DNA from: Phoronis australis
Taxonomy: Eukaryota; Animalia; Phoronida
Direction: 5' to 3'
NCBI GenBank assembly: GCA_002633005.1
Contig: NMRA01000957.1
Span: forward strand, 24,990 to 88,989
Length of the DNA stretch: 64,000 nt
Part shown: positions 38,001 to 50,000 of the stretch, piece after piece
How positions within the stretch are numbered: the first letter of the stretch is position 1
How the letters are laid out: every line of letters begins with the position of its first letter
Made by a program: the position numbers and the translations under genes
Notes under the pieces: model-generated
Told to the model about the DNA's origin: nothing
What the model saw: the letters and a program-made list of their open reading frames with translations, nothing else
Database searches by the model: none

Positions 38001-41000
38001 TCATTCATTCAAACACTCAAGAGTCAACAATTCACTATATGCATTGCGACTAGTTGTGAATTAATTGCGTTCTAGTTGTCGGACACAACCTTGTAATGGG
38101 GATTTAATCCAGTCAGCAACCGTCCAATCGTAGACAACTTACTGCACAGGGAGTCCTTGTCAAGGGCAAAACTAAATTGTTGAAAGTGCAGAAAACAGAC
38201 AGTGTGGAAACTGAAGTTTGCTCGCGGTGCATCTTGTCGCATTATCTCATGTGCTAGTAACGAGACTTCCAAGAGTCGAGCAAAAGTTTAATATGTTAAT
38301 TGCAATGTTAATGCTTTTTGTTTTAATGAATCTATCAAACATTTGTCATTGTTTTGATTTTGAAACGGAAACATTTGTATGTGCAATTTTTATGTTTAAA
38401 TACACGTACACTCACACATATGAGTGTATGTGGGTGTATTATGACGTCATCCCTGTTAATACATCCGGCATCCTTGGCTGTATCTTCGAAACCTCTTGAT
38501 AGGTGTTCGTGAAATTTTGCAGATGTGTTTGTATTATGGATGGCTCAGCGTGAGTGAATTTGTGCATGGATCCGACCAGTGGTTTGTCCCCTAGTGGCAA
38601 TTTTATTTTTTACGTTATTCTCTTTATCTTCGGAGTTCCTGGTCTGAATTTCGTGAAATGTTGGGAAGAGGTTTCTATTAGAAAGACGACACCTTTTCAT
38701 TTTCAGATAGATTCGACACACTGTAGTCCACCTAGTGTCCATTTTGTTATTTGGCATCTGTCTCTGACAAGCGATTCTTAAGATCATAAAGAAAACTGGC
38801 GTTTAAGCTCCTACTGAGAAGAGAACAGCTGACAATGATTTTTGGACAGCTCTGGCTACACTGGTACCCATTTTCTTAAACCTCTTGAAAGATTTTTGTT
38901 AAATTTCAGTGATGTACTTCTAGGATTGTAACTACAGATGACAATGAATTTCGGACGGATCCGATTGGCATTGTGCCCCTTAGTGGCAAGTTTATTTTTT
39001 TACATTTTCCTCTGTTTCTTTAGACTTCCTTTGTGGATTTTCATGAAGTATTTAATATCAAGATTTCTGTTAAAGATACAATAACACTTTCCTATTTTTG
39101 GATCGATTTGCCATATTGTATGCTACGTAGTGACCTTCTATCATTTTTTATTCTGGTTTTTGTCTCTATCGGCCAGATCCCTCTATGGAGGATTTTGAAA
39201 ATCGTCATTTGCGATCTTTCTTGGAAGCACTTGGCTGACGATAATTTTGAACTGGTCCAACTCCTGTGGCAATTTGATTTTTTGTCTGTTGCTCAATACA
39301 TGTTCCTTGGTGTATCTTCATGAAATTTGACAGTGTTTCTATTGAGGAGAGTACAGGTGACATGGATTTTGGGACAAATCCAACTGCTGTGGAGTTGCCT
39401 ACAGTTAATTTTGTTTTTCTTTGCATTTGCCTTGATATCTACCATGTTCTTTTATAGATGCTCATGACATTTGGCAAATAAGTTACTATCATGCAGACAA
39501 CAGTAGCGTCAGATGGATTTGTCCTATGTTGTGCCTCTTGGTGGCTTTTTGTTGTTTTTGTGCCTTTTGTCGTCTGCTTCTTTATCGTCCAAACTTCTTG
39601 AGGAATCATGATGAGAGGTGGCATGTGTTCTCCTATGGAGGAGAGCATTTCTGATTTGCTTTGCACCACTTAGTGGCTGTTATTAAGTTTACTGGCAATG
39701 CTTTGTTCAGTGTGAAGGTTACAGATTATTTCTTGTATACACACTTTATGCGATGCACACAGTGGGGCATATCAACGCTCCATGTTCTTTTTGTTATCAA
39801 AGTCTTTGAAATGTGTAAACCTTTTTATGGCTCTTTTTGTCTAATTTTAACCCTCAAATATTTGGGTTTGAATTTCAAAGACTGTTTCTTATTTTGGATT
39901 GTCATCCATAAGTCTAGTGTTCACATTGGGTGTTTTTCTATACAGAAATGTTCTAAAAGCTATGAATACGATTTTACATCTGAAATTATGAAATAATTGA
40001 ACTTAACTTCATTTTTACTAGTTATTGGACGACTTAGATGGCCAGGTTTGTATGGTGCGATTGTTCTTTTTCCTCATTACCAACCTTTCTTCCAAAACTA
40101 AAATTTGCGTCCTTTATAAATTGTGTGCGTTAAATTCTGATTTTTAATGTTTCATCCTCTCCAATCACAAGTTATTTTTCATGTGAAATATCTTTTTCTC
40201 TGTGGGTGTCACTACTTATTTATTTCCTTACTGGTTACTATAACAACAATTTTCTGTTATGTTTTCCATGCTTTCGTTTCTTACTAAAGAATTCCATTTT
40301 GAAAACTTGCAGTTTTAGCTTGCAGTGACGACATATTTCAACGTATCTCAGAGCATAAATCGTAAAGTGAAGAAGAGCTTTATACCCTTTAATCTTGTAA
40401 CTTGGTTTTTCAAAGTAATAAAGTTCAACACTGCTTCATATCTTCAAACTGATCTACTAAAAGTGCACCACTGACTGCGATGTAGCAAACAAGGTCTGGC
40501 TTAAAATCTGAAGACATCATTGCACTTATGATGCTTCTAAAGTATCCTGTTAAACGACCTGTGAAAGCGGCTAGAAACTAACTTTTAGGACAAGCCACTT
40601 ACTTCTATAACACTGGTTTAAACTCCTTCCTAACTCGCGTGAGAAATGGCTCCTTGCCTTGGAAAAAAGGCAATTCTTTGTTTCACGAGATTATGCTCAG
40701 TGCAGAATATGAGCCCGTGTCCAGTCTGAAGCAATGATGAACTCTCAAGTTTTTTCAAATCCACAAATTGACTCGACTGATTTGACTAAGAAACAATTTG
40801 AGACCAAATTCATGACAGTCATTTTTTTACAGAATTTAGGTTTTTAGCCACTTAAAAATTCGATGTTTTCTGTAGTTGAACAGTAATTTGACAGTATCCC
40901 TGCTTGCAAACTAAACTGACTGAGTACACGACAGTGATGCTTGTTTGTATTTATAACTTTGTTGTACAGACATTCTCATACAGTAAGAATTCTCTAGTTT

Positions 41001-44000
41001 GTAACAGTGAGACATTATGGTCCGAGTTTGTACCAGATTTTAGATGTAGGCAATACTGGCCATCCCAAATTCAAGAATTACAATCAACAACAAAGTTCGT
41101 TCACCTAGATGTTGGACGCTTGGGGAATCATGAAAATGTTGCAACAGTGGCTATTTTTGACGATTTTATCAACTGCCATCATGTTTTCAGACTGTGTAGA
41201 TACAAGACATGCAGTGTCAGATATTTGCTAAGTATCATGAATGCCAACTGAAAACCACGCAAAAAAGAATACAAAAACATGTCCCAATTTTCAGTATCAG
41301 GAAACTTCAATTTTGGTTTGAATTTTAGTGTCTCAAAGTATTGAGACTTTCCCAAACTGGAGAATTTTACCGTATTCACTGAATTTATGATGTGAATTGT
41401 TATTAAAACAGGCAACACTGCCCGACCAATTTAAAGTGACGTAAAATTTCCAATGGTACAATGCTCTCTCTCTCTCTCTTCATGTATATCACTTGCTCAC
41501 TTTTCAGAGGGAGGCTCCACCCAAGCCAGCACGCAGAGTGGGAGGCTGGGGGGACGAGACTTCAGCAGCTAACAAGGGGTAAATCTTGAGTCTGAATGAA
41601 AAATCTTTGTTTTTGCATTTGAAAACTTTTATACCTTTATTATTTGTGCTTTATATCTGCTTGTAGATCATTATTGTTTTATTATTGTAAAATTCTCCAG
41701 TTTGTGACATGGAAAATTAATTATTTTGGTCAAGGCCAGAGCTTGCACCAAATTTTAGAAATAGTCAACATTGAATGTCCAAATTCGAGAACAGCATATT
41801 TGAGAAATACTCTGAATGCCAAAATCCCCTGTGTCTCAATATTCAGAATCACGAAAATTCAAATTTGGCTTGAATTTCGGTGTTTAAAATTTTAGAGACT
41901 GCCGAACTGGAGAATGTTTACCGTACTTTCCTACTGACCTTTGTTATCAATGTTGAATTCAAAGTAGCATCAATGAGAAACAAGGTGGTCTGCCACCTCC
42001 GGTGACAGTGCACCTACATTCTGTAGTCACAGGTGTATCAGGCAAGGGATTGTAGTTGTTCCCCTCCCCGAGAGGCTGGCAATAGTTATGGCGAATGTGG
42101 GCAAGACGGGAAAAATACTGGCCAGTGCGGTATCCATTAGAAAAACATGGGAAGAAATTGGAGAAGGCACTTCGACAAGAGAAAAAAATATTCGTGCCAG
42201 GAGGAGTCATTGTGACTGGGGGGCAGGGTGAAATTGGTGGTGAGCGGGACTGGCCACCTTGGTGGAGGGGGTGAAACTGGTGGCAAATGGGGCAGTCAGT
42301 GGCGACTAGGGGCACAACACTAGTGGCGGCAAGGGGTAAGAAAGCAAGCAAACCTTCCTAGCCCTGTGTTCAGGCTAATTTAAATCCTATTCCCCTTACA
42401 AGAAGTCATGTCCAGATACATCTATGTCTGCACCTGCGTACTAATGTTCTCACCAGGTATTAGCAGAAGCATAATACTCAGTTATGCTATCCAAAGTACA
42501 AAATGAACAAATTCTGTATTTCACAATGAAAAGGCACTCGTTATTAAATTGACTAGTTTTGTACTGTCGAACTGCGTAACAAGAAACTTGCAAAGACCTT
42601 TCTAGGACATGTGTTGATGAAGTCCACTGTACAACCAAATCAAATGTAAATTTGGATTGGGATGTTTGGAACGGAACGTTATAAAATGAGCGTAGGTCAC
42701 CAAAGAGGAGCCTTTTGATGCGTTCTGACTATACTGTGGCATGTACTTTACTGGAAAATTTGACTATGCCCATGCGAACTTGTGCATGGTGGTCAACACG
42801 TGAGTGGGATGGTCCACCCTTCTCAAGGAGACTGGTGAGAGCTCTGCTATTCATGGTTACTAACTGCATGTCTCTAGAACTGACGTTATGTTTCAGTCGC
42901 AGACGTAAGCCCGGTGAGGAGGAGGTGAACGACTTTGACGAGTAAGTTGACTGTCTGCTGTTATGACTTACATCTTTCTGCTGTTATGACTTAAATCTTT
43001 CTGCTGTTATGACTTACATCTTTCTGCTGTTATGACTTACATCTTTCTGCTGTTATGACTTAAATCTTTCTGCTGTTATGACTTAAGCCAGTCTGCTAAA
43101 ATGGCTTACATTGTCTGCTGTTACAACATATGTCGTCTGCTGGCATAACTTACATCATCTGCTGTTATTACTTATGTTAACGTCATCTGCTATGACTTCG
43201 GCATAATGACTGCACTTTGGGCCTGAAATCCATTACTTTCCATTTTATTAATAACTGAACTTAATTTTGATTTTCTTGAGTATATCTTAATATTTGCAGG
43301 TAACTCCATGATCCCCTTTGCTTTTAATGACTAATATTTTAAAGCTACAAGTTCTAGTCCGAGCTCAAGGTCTCAAGACTGTTTGAACTCAACAGTTTTT
43401 GAACTCCAGTGTTTGTTGAATGCAAACGGTCCTCAAATGTGAATATGGATTTTAGATAGTCATCTGCATAAACCATAACATACTCGCTCATAAAATCAAC
43501 CCTGGGCACTTCGTTCCTACTAAAGTTAAACAGGCAAATGTGAGAAAGATGAGATGAAGTTTGGCAACTGGATTTCAGGCCTTGATTGTTTTGGTGATTG
43601 CATTGTGTGGGGGTATGTGGATCACTCAAGTGTTCTGATAACTCTGAGCGTGGTGTCCTACAGTCATCCTCACAAAAGATCTCGAACTCTCACAAAGAAC
43701 ACAGAGCACCCAGTTAACTATTGGTCACATGGTGTAACTGACATATTGACATGTGAAAAAACTAATAATGCTTACTTATACCATGTCAACAGGCTGATTT
43801 ATAATAGCCAAATTATATGCTCTTCCAAGTTTGGGTTAGACACCTCTTGTGAGTCTAATTGGATTTGTGTAACTGACCAGTGGTCCCGCAAGCTCAGACT
43901 AGAGCATCTGCATGGTTAGCAGAAAATGAGCAGGTTCGAACCTTTCAGACTTTATGTCACGCAATGTGACCATCACTGTATGGGGTGTATGAAGACTAAT

Positions 44001-47000
44001 AATTCTTACTTATACCTTAATAATGCACTGATTTACGTATAATAACGCACTTTGTTTATAGTTAAGGTTGTATAGGACCTTATTGACAAGTGCATTAATT
44101 TTTAGCCAAACTATAGATTTTAACTCAGTAAAAGTATGTATTTTCGGGCAGTAAAAAGCTTTTAGAATTTGATTTTTGACTTTTTACCAATCCGTTACTA
44201 ATTGGATTACATGACCGTGTCTTTTTCGCAAAATTTAGCAGCAAAGAAATGTAAGTGGATAACAAAACCGCGGTATATCATTAACATGATCAGCTTTTAT
44301 TCGATATCAATGTTCAAGATAAGACCTCAAAAATGCTGTTACAGTTTTCTAAAGTATTTTGTTTTTGTTTACGCAAATTTTTTCATGAAAATCATGAAAC
44401 TCACATTTTTGATACTCCCCCATGTGAAAAGGAAACACTTAAAAGCAATTCCTTAAAGCGTTCTGCAGAGCAGTGCTTAAACCGTATACTTTCAGAGAAT
44501 TTCGACCATACGATGTTCCGAAGTTAGCCAAATTTGGACGTTTTTTTATGGTCTTACATAACCTTAACTGAAGACTTTCTTATTTGTGGAAGTGCTGTTT
44601 AAAAAGTGGTGTGATGTTGAATGTTTGAAATTTCTGTGACTTAGCTAAAAGAATTTCTAGAAATTTTAATGAAACGTTTTTGCAAAAACAAAGTGCGTTG
44701 ACTTAGTGAATGTAAGGGTTAATTTTTTTGGTGCTAAGAAGTGGTTATTTACTGACGTGTAGTTGTTAAATCCAAAACAGGAATGTTCTTGGGTTTTTTT
44801 GTATTTATTTTTTCTCGGTGTGGAAATGGTTCTGATGGTTTTATTGAAAAATGTTACCTTGTGTTCGGGAAAGTATGCCCGAGATAAGTGCGTCTGCCCG
44901 AGATAAGTGCGTCTGCTTCCAACTAATTGGTCTCTCAGTTAGTGATTTTTCTTGTGTTGTTTTGCAACCATTTTCATTGGCAATACATTTGTTAGTTACA
45001 CCCCTTCTGTAATGTGTTGTGTTAGACATTAATGCAGTGAAACCTTGGACCATTACTACCAGAGTGAAACAGAGAAACCCAGAGAGCAAGGCTGATAGTG
45101 ATTATTTATTATTGTGATTATTTATTATTGTGTATAACTTCATTGTTGTCTCAGTTCCCTGTAGTTGCATTTATTTTGATTGGTAAACATTTCTCAAAAC
45201 AAGCAAGGGCAAATTTCAATGGAAAGTCCTCAGTTCTTCATCAATGACACTGAGCTATATGTCAGAGATTTGACATTTGAGCTGTGGAAAGTCTTCGAGT
45301 GCAGCCTTTCAAGGCTTAAAATTTCCCTCTTTCGAGAGGATTTCCTCTTTTTTGGTTTCAGTTTCCTCTTATTTGATTTCCAGTATCCTCTTTCTTTCTC
45401 TTTTTTATCATTATTTTGACTTTATCCATGGAATAACGTTTATTTCAATTAAATTTTAAAGCACAAAAATTATTTCTATCACTCAAGCCTATTTATTTGT
45501 GGAATAATATATCACCTGGAAAATTTTCCTGTTTTTGTCATTGGTCATTCCAAGCCCTGGCCTTTGGAGGTGTTTACAATTACGTTGAAAATCATATTTT
45601 CCAGTGACCGACTGAAGCAAACCTCGACCCCAGACAACGACTCAGACAGTGGTATGTCATAATCATTTTTATTGTGGTTTGTGGTTTTCAGTTGCGCTTC
45701 TAAATCAGGGCTCATCAAATCTGTGGAATTGTGGTCTCGTTTATTTTTCATGTTCCTCTAAAAGCATTGGAAAAACAATTAAATCTCAGAAGTATTTTGT
45801 CAGGTGTAAAGTGCACAATATTCATCAATTTTGTTAATGGAGGCAGTTCATATGGCTTCTTTGCTTAAACTTAAAGCATTACACCAATGTCACCTCTGTT
45901 GGACATAGCGTTCAACAAACTGTTATTCAGTTTTTGAATTGTCACTGTTATTGTCATTTTGTTGTTGTTGATGTTAGTTAGTCAAGGTTGTATTTTCACA
46001 TTAGGCTCGTAACTTGTGCGAGTAGCCTTGTAATATGGCTGGTTTTCTACGATTGTGCCATGTTCACGAGAGATCATAGGCAGTGATTTGTGTCAAACCA
46101 TCTCAAACTCTTTTTAACCTCCGAAAATTCTTGTAGTCTTAAAGTATAACCTTTGGGACTTAGTTGATTAAAATTCTGAATCCTGTGGCCATCTTGTTCT
46201 TTGTAAGAATGTTGGGTGGGCCAGGCATTATTCATCCATCCTCAAGGTCTTGTGATTTTGGCCACTTGCTAGAGCAATGCAAGATTATATAGATAGACTA
46301 AACACCCATGACCAAATAAAAGGAGTGACCAAGTCTTCTAAGATCAAAAGTTTTGACTATTCGTGTACAAAGTGAGGAATTGATTTTGTTGGCAAAATGC
46401 TGGACACCATCTACTGCACAATCGTGTGTCATCCGACAAACGTTTTACTTGTTTGCCATCTTTGATAAGCTTTTCCTTGAGCCTGAAATCCAATCTCTGA
46501 CCTCAAACTCGAGTTTACAGTATTTTTAGCGTCATCGGTATTTCCTCGTCTTCTCTATACTTGTGTGAATTGTGATTTATGTAGGGAGTACTAAATCTAA
46601 GATTGAACTTGATGACCACTAAAATTAAATTTAAATTTGTGGCTTTGACGTTGGGGTCATCAAGTGCAAACTTGTTCTAAGCCACGTAAGTAATAAATGT
46701 ACTCGAGCACAAAATCAAAGACGTGTACCTTTAGTTCATGTTTTAAAAATGGCACTATAAATAATGAATTTTTTTGGAGTTCAAATTCGAGTCCAAAGAT
46801 TAGATTTCAAGGCCTGGATCAATGAAGAAAGTTTCAATTTTTGTTTACAGTTGCCATTGTTGTCATTGCATTCTAATTGTGTTGTTTCTTTTTTTCCTGT
46901 GTGTGCGTGTGTTTACCTGCCTCCTCACTGTTTCTGTGTGAACCAACTGCATCTACAGCAACAGGTAGGCATCATGGGCTGTTATGCAGCTCCCCCTTTT

Positions 47001-50000
47001 GGTTCAATGAATGAACATACTATAGGACTGACTGCTCAGTGGATTCGTTTTGTTTTCTACTAACTCCTTTTTGCATGTTCACGAAACCTAGCAAAGCAAA
47101 CAACTAATATTTAGATATTACAATTCTTATGGTTTGAACTGTGGTGAATATAGCCTGTATGCTATAAGAGGAACAATAAATCTTTGTTTTCAATCAAAAG
47201 TCATCTTTTGATTTAAGCTTCTTACCGCTACAAAATCAGTCTGATCTGGTTCATTTAGACTAAAAGTTATTTCTAACCTTGAGAACAACTGACTTGGTCA
47301 TTATTGACTTGGGCTGCATCACACAAGGGCTTGGAATTTTCCTTTTTTAAGAGGATTTCCTCTTTTTGGTTTCAATTTCCTAACATTTGTTTTCCAGTTT
47401 CCTCTTTTTTTAATCTCTTTTTATCATTATTTTAACTTTGTTCTTGCGAAAAGCATTTCTTGCAGTTAAATTTTACAACACAGAAAAGTATTTCTATCAC
47501 TAAGCCTATTTATTTGTAGAACGATATGTCACCTGGAAAATGTTCCTCTTTTTGTCATGGGTCATTCCAAGCCCTGATTACAATACAATAGCCTAGCACT
47601 TGCAGCAAGAAATATTTGTTGATGGAACTGGAAGAGTGAATTCTATCCCGTAAATCATAAATTCATTCCCATAATTCAATTTTCTTGCCTCACCGACCAA
47701 TCACTTCAGAGACTGACATTTTCACTTGTAGGGTCATGTGCACCCTTGTAAAACGCACGCCTTTCACTGGCGTGATTTTGCGTGGTCTTGCGTGATCTCT
47801 TGTTCTATCTAGAAATTTGGTTTAAGGAACGCATCCCTGGTCCATTAAGTTACATGTCGTGGCAAGTTAGGTTGAGTCGCTATGGCACTTTGGAATTCCA
47901 TGCAATTCATTTTGATTGATTTTAATCCAGAGGATAACAATGCTGTGATGTTGGAAGGGCAATTAGGCCTTCGAAGAAAGTTGATGTTTTTAACACCAGA
48001 ATGAGTTTATAGCAACTTTTAGTAAGATTGCTGTCTCACTGACAATTAGAAAAGCATAACTCTGTAACTAGAGCTGTTTCATTTAAAGTTGACCTGTCCG
48101 TATTTGTTGTTCTGAAATATGCATACACTGGGTTAATAATCTAACAGATCAGAGGCACATGCCAAGAAAAGATTAACTGCATGTGATAACATCAACTGTC
48201 ACATATAAAGAACAGGTGAACAACAGTTTATCAACATTTAATGGGTGTTTACATCTCCAGCACTGATCTGTCGAGATTTATCCATTTTGACACTCGAATG
48301 CAAGTTTGAACTGCTTGGCTGTAACATTTCGGGCAATAGTTGGATGGGACATGCTCACATTTTGAGAATCAGTTTGATGGACATTATTCAGTGGAGAAAA
48401 TTGGGGGAACATTATATCCAACTGTTTCCACATTTCACATAATTTCTTTCCTTTGGCTATGCTTTAATAAACTGTTTCAAGTTAAGATGGCTTGGAGACA
48501 TCTGGTGGTCATGTTGGAAGTTACTCGGTAACACCCTCTGTTGTCTGTTCCAGACATTCCAGTCATCCCTGACCTTGAAGACACCCAAGAGGAAGACATG
48601 ACATCACAGATGGCGATGGCACCAAAGTACGAGACTCTATTTATACACCGTAACTCTCAGGGCATCAAGAAGTTTCAAAGAAACATTAAATGAGTTTGTT
48701 TACAATTTAAGTGTTTATATTGCCAAAAAAACAATCATCGTTGGCTCTGGTCTTTGGTTGTTTTGAAAACTGAATGGGTGAGGTATTATTTAGTTGTCCA
48801 CTTTTCTGGAAAAAAACATTCACCTGAGTTTAACAAAAGTGAGGTTTTCTTTTTCTCAGCTCAAACCAATTTTGGTGTTGCAGCTACACACTGATTATGG
48901 ACACATGTCTCAAAGCAAAATTGATGTCAGATCAAAAGTCAACTTCTACAGGTTTTCTACCTTTGCAAAGTTAAATTCTGCTATTATGTAGATATTTGGG
49001 TAAATGCAGAGACTTGGTGATAACGTTCTACATAACCGTTAGATGATAACAGCATAGCCTGTTATTTGTATAAAAGACATGCAAAACATGTCAGTTCCTG
49101 TGTCATTGATATAACCTGAACCCGTGTCTTTTGAATAATAGGATAACCGTCTTGCTAATTTCAAAGTCTTACTCGCTCAACTTTTGGTCACATTTATTAG
49201 GACAGTTTCTGCTTACAGGGTATGTGATACACAGCATAAATCTAAGCAAAACCATTGCACAGTTCCATGTATGCCAAAATGTAATTCACACCCTGACCAG
49301 TAATGCTAAATGGTGCTTAGCAGCTGGGAGTTTCAGCACGTACTGTTGACCATGTGTGTGTGTAGACTGCAGACGAGAGCTGAACTGTTGATCACAGTGA
49401 TGCTTGCATTCTTCTGTATTTCATGTAATGTACTGATTGTCTGATGTACATAATAGCCCAATTAGAGTTTTTACCTTAATGATCTTTAATGGTGCCCCTG
49501 TAGAACGTTGGCCTACATGGAATAGCAAAGCACATCCTTGAACTTCCAGTTTTTTTGTTAGTCACAACATCTGCCATAACTATTGTGATATTCTATGAAT
49601 GAATGATATATGTATCTTTTATTAAATTGACGTGTGCTAATTCACGCAGTGCTCCCATGGGTTCACAAGTCACTTTTAACACGAAGTACAACAATACAGG
49701 ACAGTGCCACTAACTAATTTCATTCCTTTCAATGTTTTGTTTTTCTGTTTGAATGATCAGAAGCTTTCATTGGCTTATTCACTCATTGATGTTTTCTTGT
49801 ATCAGATTTTTGTTTGTAATCTTGCTAGAATTACGATGATATTTCTAGCATTAAAGCGGAGGAGGCTGTGTAACCTAGTGATATATGTGCCTCTTCCTTT
49901 ACAGAAGGTCGTGGGTTCGAGTACCACTGTATGACACACTGCTAGACCCTTGAGTCGGGTCTCTAGCTACTCCGCTTGATTTTAACTATAATAAGGCATA

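Noticed and set aside
36482-38787. Duplicated short hydrophobic ORFs
   Set aside because: Arise from the T-rich 1-kb duplicated intron segment; no splice or homology support.
45545-45751. Antisense 68-aa ORF overlapping IFT43 exon 5
   Set aside because: Short, no recognisable motif, and expected from strand composition.
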